A DNA stretch of 64,000 nucleotides, taken from positions 102,052,001 to 102,116,000 of the forward strand of contig OZ024745.1 in the NCBI GenBank assembly GCA_964016885.1. The letters are read 5' to 3'. The notes beneath the pieces are model-generated. The model was not told where the DNA came from, searched no databases, and saw only the letters and a program-made list of their open reading frames with translations. Below, in pieces: positions 12,442 through 26,592 of the stretch. The translations under genes and the position numbers were made by a program. The DNA is from Eledone cirrhosa. Its lineage: Eukaryota. The first letter of the stretch is position 1; each line of letters starts with the position of its first letter.

Positions 12442-13215
12442 TCTATATATATAAAACTGAGGATGTCTGTCTGTGTGTGTGTGAGTTCGAATCCCTAAAA
12501 CTCTAGAACCACCCAACCGACTGTTTTCAAACTTTACACACGTAATACTTACGTTTTAGGGAGTATTCTGAGCAAATAAAATTTCAAATTTTCTATGCCC
12601 CAGAGACCACATTAGGCGATTTAGCGATCTCGCTCTATAATTCTTAGACTTTCTCTTTTTAGATAGATACATACTTATAACGTCGCGCCCTTATAATATC
12701 TGTCTGTATGTCTGGCTGTCTGCACTACGTCACTTCCTTGAGGATGTCTGTGTGTGTTTGAATCCTTAAAACTCGAGAAGTACCCAAACTTTACATGTGT
12801 ATTATTTACATGTTTATTATTTATGTTTCAGGGAGTGTTATGCACATAAAAAAATTCAACTTTTTTTTTATCTCCTAGGGCCTGCATTAGGTGAAAAACT
12901 GCGTTGTTTAACATTTTTAAGGGTTTTCTGAGGCGTTACGTCAGACCGATTTCCTTGAAATTGTAACTATGTATTAGTCAGTCTCTTCTTCATACCGTAA
13001 GCAAAGAAAATCCAACTTTCTTATGGCATAGGGCCCGCATTAGGTGAAAACCTACATTTTTCCTGCTTCATCGAGGAAAATCTTAAAGATTATCCAGCCA
13101 TCAGAGTATTCGGTTTATTTTCTTTACATATTGTCCAGGCATGCAGTCTTTAGGTCTATTGGCGGCCCGCGTTCCAAAATACGTTATCCTGTGCAACGTC
13201 AGGTAGCACTGCTAG
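12442..13215 (+). mobile_element. Non-autonomous Helitron
   Basis: 5' TCTATATATATAAAA...ATGTCTGTCTGTGTG, internal ~270 bp duplication, 3' CCTGTGCAACGTCAGG hairpin plus CTAG|T. Confidence 0.8.
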
Positions 13216-15204
13216 TAAAGTATAAGAATGCATTTTTATCTTGCAGCATTAGTTTATTCCTGACATTGCATTCACCTACACTGTGTACCAATTTTGCTAA
13301 AATTCTTAAACAATTCAATGAAAATAACCCCCCCTGCTAAAATTTGTAGATGTATGTGACTTTGAAATTCTTTTATTTTTGTGGTTAATTATGAAAATCT
13401 TTGTAAACGAAATAAAAAAAAAACAATCTCTTTCAATCATCGGAAGCTAAGGTATGATTAAAAGGAGCTGTTTCCTCTGTATAGCTCATTTTTACAGAAG
13501 TATGCATAGATAAAATGTATGATTCAGAAATTGCTGCACAGATGGAGTTTTGATGCACAATCTGACACCTTGTTTAAGAGTTAACAAATATTCTGGTGTT
13601 TCTTTATAGTCTGAGGAGCAATGGTTAAAATAAACTTTAAAAAAGCTATGCTAGACTCCATTAGGATAAGTTTTGTTCTAGATTGAGGGAATATATGTCT
13701 ATTTAATTTAAAATAAGATAAATTTACTATTTTAGTTCTACTTTTTCATTCTGCTCTAGGTGGGGTTAATTTATTTAATTTTCATTTTGATTTTCACAAA
13801 TATGGATATTACTTTTACAGATTTATGCTCTTTCTACTACTAACTGAGCAAATAAAAAGTTTTCTATTTTCTTAGTTGATTGGCTAGAAATAGCAGTTAA
13901 ATATCCTTCAAACCACACCTCATGGCTAATGTAGTCAAGATATACTCACTGGAATAAAACATTTGATGGTCATCATAGATCTGATTAATCAGAATTGATT
14001 TGAGTTTAAACAACAACCTACTGCCTGCTATTCAACTACAAAGTTGGAATAGAGCCTGGTTTTAAACAAGCAGATCTATGAAAACAGTTATTTTGGCATG
14101 GGTTCAACATAACAACTACATTAGGATGTTTGACATGAAAAACTAGATATTAGAGTCAACTGCTTGTTTTAATAATTTAAGATTTATATATGAGATCCAG
14201 CTGGATCAGTTGGAGACAGTTGCTTCTGACAGGACCCACTGGAAGGAGTGTTTTAGGACTTTGACCTCATGATTCTCTCAGGAATAAGTGGGCAAAGAAG
14301 GTGACAACGACAATGAAGAAGATCTATGTATCCAAATTTGCAGGGTCATACAATAAGTTTTAGGGAAAAACAAAAAAATAAATAGCTTTTTCATCTCCAT
14401 TTATTAATTTTAGATGAGGAAAAATACAGACATGGGTTTGTGTAACTAAACATTCTATTTAAGATTTATATTAATATTAGAATTGACACTAAATGCAATG
14501 TTATTTTTCTTTTAACTTTTGAGCTTTTATGGTTGACTGGAGAGTGAAAATTTGAGAGTGCAAATTTGTCAGCAGTATTATCTTATTTGTTCCATGTTTG
14601 AAATGAAATTATAGCTTTATTGGAAGATTTATAAGCATGGCGAGTATTTTATGAATATAGCTTAATATTCAGATGACTGCCGTTTTATAACCATGCATAT
14701 TTACTAATATTTTTTGATCGTGTATAGAAATAACAGTTATGGATTAAACTGCTCAAGTTGTTCAAATGTATCTGAAGCGTCATATTTGGTAGGTCAGGAT
14801 TAGATCAAAGTCAATGAGTTCTAAAACACTAGACTGTTATCTGGGTAATATAATCTGTATATTGAAGGGACGCCAGGGTGAACGTAACATATCAAGTGTC
14901 AGGAATTATTATACACCATTGGGAACATTAAGGCATGAAACTATCTGTTCAAATTCTAAGAGACCACCATTTATAAGTGTAACGAATTTCTGTCATGTGC
15001 AGTGACAATGTAGTACACAGGCAATAACTCCCTACATCTGAAAGAACAATAGAAACAAGTAAGAATATTGCAGTATCACTGTAATTAGATATTTTTTCAT
15101 GGTATCATTTAGAATATGTAAAGAATGTTAACTCTAATTCAGTAACTAGGTATATGAGTCATTGGGTCTTTACCTATTGAATATTTCATCTGCATTCAGT
15201 GTAA

Positions 15205-15890
15205 ATAATTGTTTCTACTTTTGGCACAAGGCCAGCAATTATTCCAGTGTATTACTGGTACTTTATTTTATCTACCCCCGTAAGGATGAAAGGCAAAGTT
15301 GACCTCGGCAAGAGTTGAACTCAGAACGTAAAGGGCCGTAACTCTATGCTGCAAAGCATGGCGTCCAACGCTCTACCGATACTGCCAATCCACCACCTGC
15401 AGTGCATCTAAAAAGATAATTGTTTCTACTTTAGGCACAAGGCCAGCAATTATCCAGTGCATTACTGGTACTCTATTTTATCGACCCCGTAAGGATGAAA
15501 GGCAAAGTCAACCTCCGCGGGATTTGAACTCAGATCGTAAAGGGACGTAACTATGCTGGAAAGCATGGCGTCCGACCCTCGTTAGCCTGACAGAGTCCAT
15601 TTCTCTCCAAGTGGTACTCACATGCGCATGCATCCTCAGAATTGTAATTTAACAAGCTACATGTCAACTTTACAATAATTGTTTCTACATTAGGCACAAG
15701 GCCAAAAGGTTGAAGGGGAAGTCAATTAAATCGACCCCAGTGCATCACTGCTGCTTTATTTTATTGACCTCGTAAGGGTGAAAGGCAAAGCTAACCTTGG
15801 CGGGATTTGAACTCAGAACGCAAAGGGCCATAACTCTATGCTGTAAAGCAGGGTGTCCGACACTCTACTGATACTGCCAATCCACCAGCC
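15205..15890 (-). mobile_element. Cluster of three SINE family B copies
   Basis: Copies at ~15205-15398, ~15417-15580 and ~15677-15890. The last is flanked by a duplicated TCAACTTTACAATAAT (TSD). Confidence 0.9.
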
Positions 15891-16108
15891 TCAACTTTAC
15901 AATAATATTTGCTGGCAGCTGTTCCTATGTTCCTATCATGCAATACATATTTACAGATAGGTGAACAGTGACATTTGAGATTCGAGTGTATTGTTGTTTA
16001 GAGTCAAAGGAGTTGTTGTTTAGCCTCAATTCAGGTCTGACTGATTAAGGAGACCTATAGTCAACCCCACCCCCAGCTGTGACTATTCCATTTTTTTTTT
16101 TTTTTTTT

Positions 16109-16440
16109 ATGGAGGCACATGGCTTAGTGGTTAGAGCATTGGCCTTGCAGTCGAAAGGTTGTGAGTTCAATTCTCAGACCGGGTGATGTGTTGTTTCCTT
16201 GAGCAAGACACTTTATTTCACATTGCTCCAGTTTACTCAGCTGTAGAAATGAGATGATAGGGACTGGGGTCCATACCATTCCACTGCAAAGTGGTCGTGG
16301 AGGTGCCACGGAAAAAAAGCACCCAGCACTCACTGTAAATGAGGTTGGTGTTAGGAAGAGCATCCAGCTGTAGAAATCAAGCCAGAATCAGTTCCCGTCC
16401 CACCCTTGCAAGCAGGGAAAAGCGGATGTAAAATGATGAT
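16109..16440 (+). mobile_element. tRNA-derived SINE family A, full length
   Basis: Near-identical to copies at 1500, 41030, 43194 and 52367. Confidence 0.92.
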
Positions 16441-16879
16441 GTTGATCTTAGTTATAGTCAATACCTGAAACAAAAATGTAGCTAAAAGAACATTACCCGA
16501 AGTGTCCTGTCAGACCTCCACTATTTCCAACAATAAGTACTTCAGTTGATTTATTGTATAAGTTGCTGAGCATTCAACTGACATATGAACCCTTAGCATA
16601 TATCTCAGGGAGATTCAGCATGACACATTGTTAGAAGGCTGGTCTCTTGAATTACAGGTACAACTCATTTTTGCCAGCTGAGTGGACTGGAGTAATGTGA
16701 ATCAAAGTGTCTAGCTCAAAGACATAATGTACCATCTAGTCAAGGTATTGAACTCGCAACCTTACAATCATAAGTCAGACACCCTAACCACTTAGCCATG
16801 CTCCTTTTAAGTATGTGGAATGATCACTTTTAGGCTCCAGTGTTCATTTATATGGTTTCTTCATTGGCTCCATGTTTTC

Positions 16880-17290
16880 TTCATCATTATCATCATCTTA
16901 TGTCCCCTTTTACCTGCTTGCAAGGGTGGGACGGGTCCTCTTCAGCACAGCATCTCTCCATTCGTCACGGAGCTTCAGTGATCTGAGGTCAGCTCTCACC
17001 ACCTCCACCCATGTTTTCTGTATTCTTCCTCTACTGCATCTTGCTTCCACTGGGATTACTTTGCACTTCTTCACCCAGCAGTCATCATCCATGTGCAGCA
17101 CATGGCCATACCAATGCAGTCTTCTCTGCTGCACACTACAGTTTATACCTCTGATACACAGTTTCTCTCTTAACTTGTCCATGCTTGGTCATTCATGCAC
17201 ATTGACATTGCACATCCATCAGAGCATGCTTGCTTCATTTCTCTCCAACCTTTGTATGTCCTCTTCAGTTGCTGCCCATGTTTCTTTGTT
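16880..17290 (-). mobile_element. Diverged RTE LINE 3' fragment
   Basis: RRLHWYGHVLHMDDDCWVKKC...RGRIQKTW. Confidence 0.85.
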
Positions 17291-17804
17291 GGATGTAATT
17301 TGGTGCCTGTTATATATTATGGATCACTGAGCTCTATGTTTGTTGTCCAGTACCTTATTCACTTGACCATCCACTGTCACCAGCAAACTAATTTATACAC
17401 TCAGTTATTCACAAGTATTTTAAAAGATCAAAGCCACATCCTGTCTGTTAATATTAGCTTTCTGTTTTAGCTGCAGTATACTTAAGCTCTCAACTGTAGA
17501 GCATAAATCAGTATGTTTTCATTTATTTATTTATTATTATTATTATTATTTTCTTTTGTTCTTCATATGATATTAATGTAAATCATGCTGCTAGGAAATT
17601 TTCTTTTGAATTTTTATTCAGCATGTGATATTCTGTGGATCAGGCAATGCTAAAAACAATATCGATCATTTATTCTACATGATATTGATTAACAAAAAAA
17701 AACAAAAAAAAAAAACATCAATTTTAAGTATACATTCATGGAATTTTATTCTTTCTTATCTGTAGTTTACCCCTTCTCTACATATGTCTGTGCTTGCTCG
17801 TATA

Positions 17805-17841
<37 letters not shown>

Positions 17842-19467
17842 TGTCTATGCATGCTTGCATAAGAGAAAGAGAGACAGAAAGAATATTTTCTTGCTGGAAC
17901 AGACTTTTCTTATTGTTAAAGGTTAATTCTTTAGTCAGTCGTTCTGTTCATCCATCCAGTCATAATCTTCTTTTTTAAGATGGTAGCATGTCTTTTGAGG
18001 GAAATGTGGCACCTATTTCTAGCAAATTAAACAATCATGTAGATGTTCTCTCAGAAGATTTTTACTGGTACAGTGAACACTTGAAACATTCCTTCTCAAT
18101 ACCTCTATCTAGCTAATAAAGAAACATCTACATGGTTGATCGGCATGCTAAAAATAACAGCCATATCTCCTTCAGTTAACACTACTGTCTTAGAAAAGAA
18201 AAACACATTGGATAATGAAAATATGATTTGAACAGTTTCAATGAAATGTCTGCTTAGTCAAGATTGATATGGGTCTAAACAACAACCAGCTGCTATAAAT
18301 CTGACAACTTGTACTATATTCAAAGAAGGAAAGACTAAGTTACTTTGTGTCTTTTACCATTTAGTCAAAGAAGGAAGGGCAACACTCATGACCCTTTTAT
18401 TTTTATTTTTTTTTAGACTTCTGAAACTGGTTGGTGAAGGGGAGGGAATTATCTTCAAGCTGAAAACCCAGCCTGAATTCTTGCAAAAGAGTGGATTACA
18501 TTAAAGCCATTTAAGTATCAGATGGTAGCAATAAATCAGGTGACAGGTTAAGAACACAAAAAGCATGAACAATATCACAAAGCATTTTGTCTGATGCTAT
18601 AACAATTCTTCCAGTCTACTAATTTGGACTAGTAGTTTATTTAATCTATTTTGAAAAGATGAAAAGCAGTTAATATTGGCAGGATTTGAACTGAGAACAG
18701 AGATAGTTAGAACAATTACCACAGTGTCTACTTCATTAGAGCTGACCAATTACAACTTTTCATATTCTTTTAATGACACAATGGGGAATGTAGCAGGAGC
18801 TTTATTAAGCTGAGCAGGTTATAGAGAAGATTTTGTTATTTTCTATTTGTATATAAATTATTTGACATCTAATACAACTACATCCGACTTTAGCTGAAAA
18901 AGATAGTTAATGAATATATTCCACCAATAGAATGAGAGAGATGTATTCACCTAGTTTTCAATTGTTTATTAAAACTGAACATAGATTTACTGTGCTTCAC
19001 TAATTCCATACCTACACCATTATTCACACAAGGAACTTTAAACTGGTGTATAGGTATACAAATCATAGCATATTAATTATATGTCACCTATTTAGCTTGG
19101 CATTCCAAGTATTATCATCATAAAGAAAGTAACTATGATTCAATTTGCAACAATTTAATAGAATTTCTATCATTGAATTATATATGGTATCATGATGAAC
19201 CAGACTCAACAAATCTTTATTTATTTATATGTATTGTTGATGGAAATAGGGAATGTTTTAGTTTACACGAGAACAAACATATTTACATGTAAAATGGATA
19301 TTCCTGCAGCTGATTGGGAAGGCTTGCATCATTCATAGGTACTTCATCCTTCTTCCCTGACTAACTTATAAAAAAGAAAGTCTTCTTTAATTGTCATTAT
19401 CATTATCATCATCATCCATAATTCACATATAGAATTTTAAACTGGTGTATAAGTATTAAAATTCTAT

Positions 19468-19906
19468 TAAACCCCTTTGTTACCAATCTGGCCAAAACTG
19501 GCTCTGGTTCTATGAAATAAAGTCACCCATTTTAAAGGTTTCCAATTTAAATTAAAATCTTCCAACATAATTTCATATAAGAACCTTACACTCACTTACT
19601 ATCTTAGCAATAAAATAATAAATAAGTTTAGTAAATCCCTTAACCCCTTAGCATTTACATTGCTCTATGTATACTATTGTATTTTTGTAGTAAAGGCTTT
19701 ACTTCACATAACATCGAATCTATGAGATTTTGATATTATTTATTTTGAGAATACCTTAACGTCAGTGTGAGCGGTTGGTTACAACCGGTTTGAACAGAAA
19801 GAAGTGAGAGAATTCTGGCCGGTTTAAATGCTAAAGGGTTAAAATTCTTCATAAATCAATTAAAATAGTGTGTATTTTATTAGAAATGTGGCAATGAAAG
19901 GGTTAA
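19468..19906. mobile_element. TTAA MITE family 2 with a nested TTAA MITE family 1 (19644-19838)
   Basis: Outer element CCCCTTTGTTACCA...GGCAATGAAAGGG|TTAA. Inner element TTAA|CCCCTTAGCATTT...AAATGCTAAAGGG|TTAA. Confidence 0.75.
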
Positions 19907-20273
19907 GCTTTATTCAATGATTGTACAAGATCCAACAAACTAATCATCCATATACTACTAAAACTCTGTGATTGTGTGCTTGTCTGTAATTTAATACAGC
20001 CAAAACAGTGCATAATGGGAAAATACTTTCAAAGGAAGTTGCCCCTGAAATGGGAATACAAATGGAATAAAACAAGTTTTGCGTGGATTGGAGCATGAGT
20101 TCCTGAGACACTGGGTTTTTCCGAATACCTTCATAAATATATATAGAGAGAGAAAGAGATAGTGGTTGTGAGAGAGTAGATTCAAAGAGAGACATAGAGA
20201 GAGAGAGAATGAGATAGAGAAGGAAAATGGAAGAGAGAGATGGTGGTGTTGTTGAATAAAATTACACACACAT

Positions 20274-20361
<88 letters not shown>

Positions 20362-21699
20362 GCCTTCTAATTTAATTTTGCACTATATACATGTCTGTGT
20401 ATATTTTAATTATTTAAAAATTATTTTTTAAGTGAATGTGACCCAACAGGTCATGGGTTGTCTAGTATTTTATATAATCAAAATACTCATTATCTTTAGC
20501 CCATTTATCACTGTATTTCTGATGAAATACTCTGCAAAGAGAGTTGAAATGAATTCCTCTCCTCAAAATTATATGTTGAAATTAATCGTCTGTCTGGCTT
20601 TGAATAAACGCGTTTACTCAACAATTTTTAATCCACTGGGGGATAAAGCCTCTACAACCATGCTGATCTTTGAGGCCTATATGTCCATGCTGTACAAGCG
20701 AAGGTTGGACAGGGTGCTCCTGTTAGCAGGTGTTTAACCCTAGCCATTATCTTCTAGGTAGAATTTTAAGAACTGAAACAGATACCAAAAGATATCTCAA
20801 TTTGGTGCTCTACCAGTTTTGCTAATACACCAACCTAGACTTATATTTTATGAATTAAATTTAAATGAATCTCAACTATGATCTGTCATTGAAATCTTCA
20901 AATCTATTTTAGTAACCGTAGAATAATAGTTTAAGTATTCTTTATTGCAGAAAAGTAACCTATTTATATTGCTAACTAGCCAGAGTGTCTGTATTCTATA
21001 TGAAATGAAATTTTTGAAAGCATTGATTTTGATTAGGTTGCAGACATCTGAAATTTTGTTATTATTGCTTGTTTCTCTTCTGTATGACATTTAATTTTAT
21101 TCATTTCTATTTTACTTTGTTATTGTTTTGTCAGTAAGAAAAAAAGAAAATAATTATTAGCTTGCTGTGTCAATTTATTGTTAAATGTTTTTATGAATAT
21201 TATAAAGGAACATAATGATCTCATGACCCCCTCCAAAGTAATTTAATTACGCAACTACTACTAATGTAATGATAGATTTTGTTTAATAATATAGCCTTTG
21301 CTGTTTTTGATCCCCTGTGAGGTGTCTTTGTTTATAGCCACATTAGTAAATGTCTGTCCACTTTGTTCTAACCATATTTTATCAATATAATTTATTTCAT
21401 ATAATCAACAACTTTCTCTTCCATTACCATTACTACTACTATCTGTTCTTTCCACTTGTTCACAATACTGATGAGAAAAAATTGGTATTAGTTTGGTTGT
21501 TACACTGAGGAGAAAATAGCTATTGTAACTATATTCCATACATTTTCAGAAGGAAAAACAATCCTTTTAACAACCGGCTGCAATTATCACCTTTACCATC
21601 AAGAGATGTTATAAAGATTTTAACCACTGTTATTGTTATATCACCTTCGTATAAATAACTCAATAGTTCTAATTGCTTTGTCTTTGAAAATTGCCCCTA

Positions 21700-22222
21700 T
21701 TAACATTACCATTATCATCACCACCACCATCATCATTACCGCCACCACCATCATCAACATGATTATCACCACCACCATCATCATCATCAATACAGGATCA
21801 TCACCATTATCATTACCACCATCGTCATTATCATTACTGCCGCCACCACCACCATCATCATCACCACTACCACCATCACTAGTATCACTACCACCACCAC
21901 CACCACCATCATCACTAGTATCACTACCACCACCACCACCACCATCATCACTAGTATCACCACCACCACCATAGGCATCATCATTATCATCACCATTATC
22001 CCTATCTATCTATCAACCCCATTACCACTACCATCATCATTACTACCACCATCACCATCATCATCAGCACCATCATCATTACTACCACTACTAGTATCAG
22101 TACCACCATCATCATCATCATTGGCATCATCATTATCATCATCACCACCACCACCACCACCACCACCATCAACACCATTACGACCACTGCCATCATCACC
22201 ACTACCACCATCATCATCATCC
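21700..22222. repeat. (ACC/ATC)n compound microsatellite
   Basis: Direct inspection. Confidence 0.95.
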
Positions 22223-22886
22223 ATGTTTCTATAAATCTTTCTTATTGATTTATTTTCAACTGATAACATGTCTTTTTGTGTGTTGGTGGTGATGATAGCA
22301 GGGCTTGAGGTTCAATATCCAACTCTGTTTCTTGACAAAATTCTAGTAAGTACCAATCCAAGAAATCTGTCTAACCATGGAAAAATGGACGTTAAACAGT
22401 GATGATGATGACAATGTGGTTAATACTTTTATATATGTCACCTTTTTTTGGTTGCTATTTTTGGAGAGGACTCTTCAGTTATGCTAAGGGCATAACAATC
22501 TCTCTAGTGATTGTGCAATGAGAAATTGCACCCAGTACACTCTGTAAAGTGCTTAGCATAAGGAAGGTCATTTGGCCATAATAATCATGTGATAAAGGAT
22601 AGAGCGAAGTCTTCATGACAACCTCTCTAGTGCTGGTGCCATAATAAAATGCACCCAACACACTCAGTAAAATGGTTGGTATTAGGAATGACATCCACTT
22701 ATAGAACTTATGTTAAAATGGAATGTTTTGAACAAGATGTGGGGCCCCAACGCTTCTAGAAGGACCATTGCTTCAATAAAGTATTGATTTGGCCAGTAAT
22801 AAACCATGCAACCCATGCTAATATGAAAAAACAAAATGGATGTAAGATGATGATGAGGATGATGATATATTTATCTTATCTTTCAG

Positions 22887-23029
22887 ACATAGCAGCTTAT
22901 CCTGACAGTGTGAATGTCCTAACTCCTAATATGCTAACAGATATTCGAACTCCTGACAAACTTATTGATGGTGAGAATGATACCAAAGATGGAAAACATA
23001 TGTGGTTAGCACCTGTCTTGCCGTCAGTT
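22887..23029 (+). CDS. KATNIP: Katanin-interacting protein (KIAA0556) internal exon
   Basis: tttcag|AC ATA GCA...TCA GTT|gtaagt. Encodes IAAYPDSVNVLTPNMLTDIRTPDKLIDGENDTKDGKHMWLAPVLPSV, matching the KATNIP C-terminal repeat (IAAFPDSVN...RTPDKLIDG...HMWLAP). Confidence 0.92.
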
Positions 23030-23900
23030 GTAAGTAATTTCTCATATCTCAGATTTACATTGTGGCTCAGATCAACACTGATCAAAGAAATGTTACATAT
23101 GACCATTCTACCTTCATAAGAATACCAACAATATGGCTGAGAGAAACACTTCGGGTGTGGGCTTCTGCTTTAAGATCAAAACATGTTCTTTGCTTTCACT
23201 ACTTGACTATAAAAACTAGATCCACTCCTATTTGCATTGTCTATAATGTCCAAAATTTCAATCAACTTATCTTATTGGAATTATCTCCCTTACTAAATTT
23301 AAAATTTCAATATCCCTAGAGGGAGATTTTGATAATCTTAGCTGATTGAAAGTTTTTCAACTCCCTCCCTATATTGCATATACAATAGTCTGTCATTTCT
23401 ATTTAGAACAGATCATTGGGGTATTTTCTCTTTGTCCTATTGTTGATATATTACATTTCAGATTGAACAATTTTTGAAAATATAATCAGAAGCTTTCACC
23501 AAATTATGACTACAGAAAATAGTCTAATAACAGGAACCCACACAACAGAAAGAAATGGCCATCAGTATGCATGGGAAATGAACCCACACATGCTGATGCT
23601 TATTTTTTGTCCATTATAGGGGTTTATATGTTCTGTTATTGCATTATTTTCTGTTGGCAAAATATGTGAAAGAACTGGATGTGGTCATTATTACAAGCCT
23701 GTGGGGAAGAGGCACAGTATGGGTGATATGTAGAAGCGAGCAAAATAAGTCAGAAGTGCTTGACTAGTGGTTTTGGAAGAGAAGTGAACACTGAGGAGCA
23801 GAGGCCACTGTAGTAGTTGTTAAAAAGCTGAAGCAGTGGGTCAGACCATTTAATGAATTATTAAATGAAACTGAGACATGAGTTATAATTTCTTGTTTAA

Positions 23901-24423
23901 CCCTTTGGCATTTACATTACTTTATATTTTCGTGGTAAAGGCTTTATCTCACATAATATCTCACATAATATTGAATCTATAAGATTTTGAGAACAATACC
24001 TTAACATCAGTATGAGCAGCTGGTTATGGCTGGTTTGATGAGCCAGAGTTGTTTACCTCAAATAATGTTTAATATAGACAAATGAAAGTATCTGTTAAAT
24101 ACTTAATAAAAGCCATATAAAACTAAATACTATTTTAAAGTGTACAGTGGGCCATAATTATCTTACAGAACAAAGAAATACAGTAATGAAATGCTTGCAA
24201 ATAGGTTGCATTTTAACCCTTTAGCATTTACATTTTTCTATATTTGCTATTGCATTTTCAAGGTAAACACTTTATCTCACATAAAATCAAATCTATGAGA
24301 TTTTGATATTATTTAATTTGAGAATAATACCTTAACGTCAGTATGAGTGGCCAGTTGGGCCAGTTTGAACAGAAAGAGGTTAAAGAATTCTGGCCGGAAA
24401 TGGCTGGTTTAAATGCTAAAGGG
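23901..24423. mobile_element. Two TTAA MITE family 1 copies (23901-~24035 partial; 24217-24423 full)
   Basis: CCCTTTAGCATTTA TIRs and TTAA target sites. Confidence 0.85.
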
Positions 24424-25899
24424 TTAAACATTTAATGTAACTGTATAAACTTTACTTTGGGAATAAAATTGATTATCAATATGGTTTCTTTTTTTATCCA
24501 CATTTCTCAACAGTAAACTAGTCAGCTAATTATAGCCTGCCTTTATATATATATTCTACGACTTACTTAGATATGCAACAGCAAGAAGATGGTAATATAT
24601 CATATCAAGTCCTAATAGTTATAATTTAATATTTATTGATTAGAATGTTTCCGAATAATTACATCATATATTATCAATGATTGATCAAATCCTCCATTTT
24701 AAAAATAGTTAATCTTACCAACATTCTGATAGCTTTCAGAAGATAGTTTCTATAGCCATTTCATAACAAATTAATTCATTGTTGTCAGTTTAAGTATACA
24801 TGCTGTGTTTCATGAAGAAACAATGAAGAATCATTTCTCATTTTATCTTATGTTATATGCAAATAATTTAGATTCCAATACCTTCAATGTGTATTGAAAA
24901 TAATATTTCATTGGATGCCATTTTATTTAGAAAATCAACATAATTAGATTATATTTTCCTATATTTGTAGAATACAATGTAGTATTTTTTATTGAAGATA
25001 AAGAAATCAATAGAAATATGAAAAAGAAAATTGCTAAATGCATAAAAATAAACATATTGTAGCTATATATATATATATATATATTGTACTAACCATATAT
25101 ATATATATATATATGAATGTGTACATTATGTGTGAGGTAATAAAGTTTCACTTTAAAATGTTTTTTTATTGCATATCAAACGTTACATATATATAGATAT
25201 GCTTAAAAGTGTTTTAGAAAGCCACTTCAAGATGGAAATAAAGGAGCGAGAACAAAACAAAACAAAACAAAAAAAGGGTTTCCACTTATAGCTTATATTT
25301 CAATACTACTGAAGCTCCAATATCAAAATTGACAAAAATGTTCAGGTACATTAAAAGTTATTCATATGCATGACATATATGAAGGAATGAGAAAAATGCC
25401 TCTGAGTTTAAAGTTCCAACAATGGATGTATTGAATTGAGGGAGATGGTTAGATAACTGGTCTTTTAAATATACACTATTTGGAAATTAGAGACCAATAT
25501 TATATTAAAATGTGTCAGTATATTGCTTAAATTTTGCTGTAAATATATAAAACCTAATACAAAACAAATATGACCATTGTCTCTTTTAATGTAAACTGTG
25601 TTGTCTGGGCAATACAGTTAATGTGATGCTGGCTCAAGTTTTAAATAAACTGCTTTTTACTACTTTACCTTCTCTACCCCTCTCTCATTCTCTGTCTCTG
25701 TTCCCCTTCCTCTCAGTTTTTCTCATATTCTATTCTGCATTACACTGTGCATAGTATTTGTGACATCTTACTCTGTTTTTCTTCCTCCGTCTTTCTGCTG
25801 CTGCTACCACTGCCACAACAACAACAAAAACTTTGCTTTTCATCCTTTCAGGGTTGATGAATAATGTGGCAGTTCAAGTGTTCCCCTTATTCTTCTCCT

Positions 25900-26022
25900 T
25901 TTCTTCTTCTTCTTCTTCTTCTTCTTCTTCTTCTTCTTCTTCTCCCTCTTGTTCTTCTTCTTCTTCTTCTTCTTCTCCCTCTTGTTCTTCTTCTTCTCAC
26001 CCCCCTCTCCTCCTCCTCCTCT
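25900..26022. repeat. (TTC)n/(TCC)n microsatellite
   Basis: Direct inspection. Confidence 0.95.
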
Positions 26023-26101
26023 TTATTTGTGTATTCTGATCTATTCTTCTTAGATATTTTTATCTTGAATTAACCATTATAAAGCTTATAATCTTCTTGG
26101 A

Positions 26102-26488
26102 TTAACTCTTTTATTACAACATTTCTAATGGAACACATGGCCTATCATTTTGAAAAGAGTAAAAAATTTGGAACAATTTATTAATATAACTAATTTTCTC
26201 ATAATTAAGCTAGAATCTGGAATGTAACTTAACCCTTTAGCATTTAAACTGGCTGTATCTGACCAGAATTCTATCACCTTTTTCTGTTCAAACCGGCTGT
26301 AACTGGCTGTTCATACCTACATTAAGGTATTGTTCTCAAAATAAATAATATCAAAATCTCGTAGATTATGTGAGATAATTATGTAAGATAAAGCCTTTAC
26401 TGTGAAAATACAATAGTAAATATAGAGTAATGTAAATGCCAAAGGGTTAACAAAGGTTCTTAAATAAAATTTGATGGAAGGTTTTTAG

Positions 26489-26526
<38 letters not shown>

Positions 26527-26592
26527 GTAAAAATTAACAGCTTAGTATCATAGAAACAGTGTAATTTTCAGGTGGTTTGGTTTCAAAAATGT
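26102..26592. mobile_element. TTAA MITE family 2 (reverse) with nested family 1 copy (26233-26446)
   Basis: Inner TTAA|CCCTTTAGC...GCCAAAGGG|TTAA. Flanks resemble 48343-48605 and the reverse of 19468-19906. Confidence 0.7.

Noticed and set aside
16111-16185. tRNA-like sequences at SINE heads
   Set aside because: A/B boxes are present but they run into SINE bodies and lack a proper acceptor stem, so they are not tRNA genes.
22784-23119. 111 aa single-exon ORF
   Set aside because: Only 22887-23029 is bounded by AG/GT and homologous to KATNIP; the flanks are intron and repeat tail.
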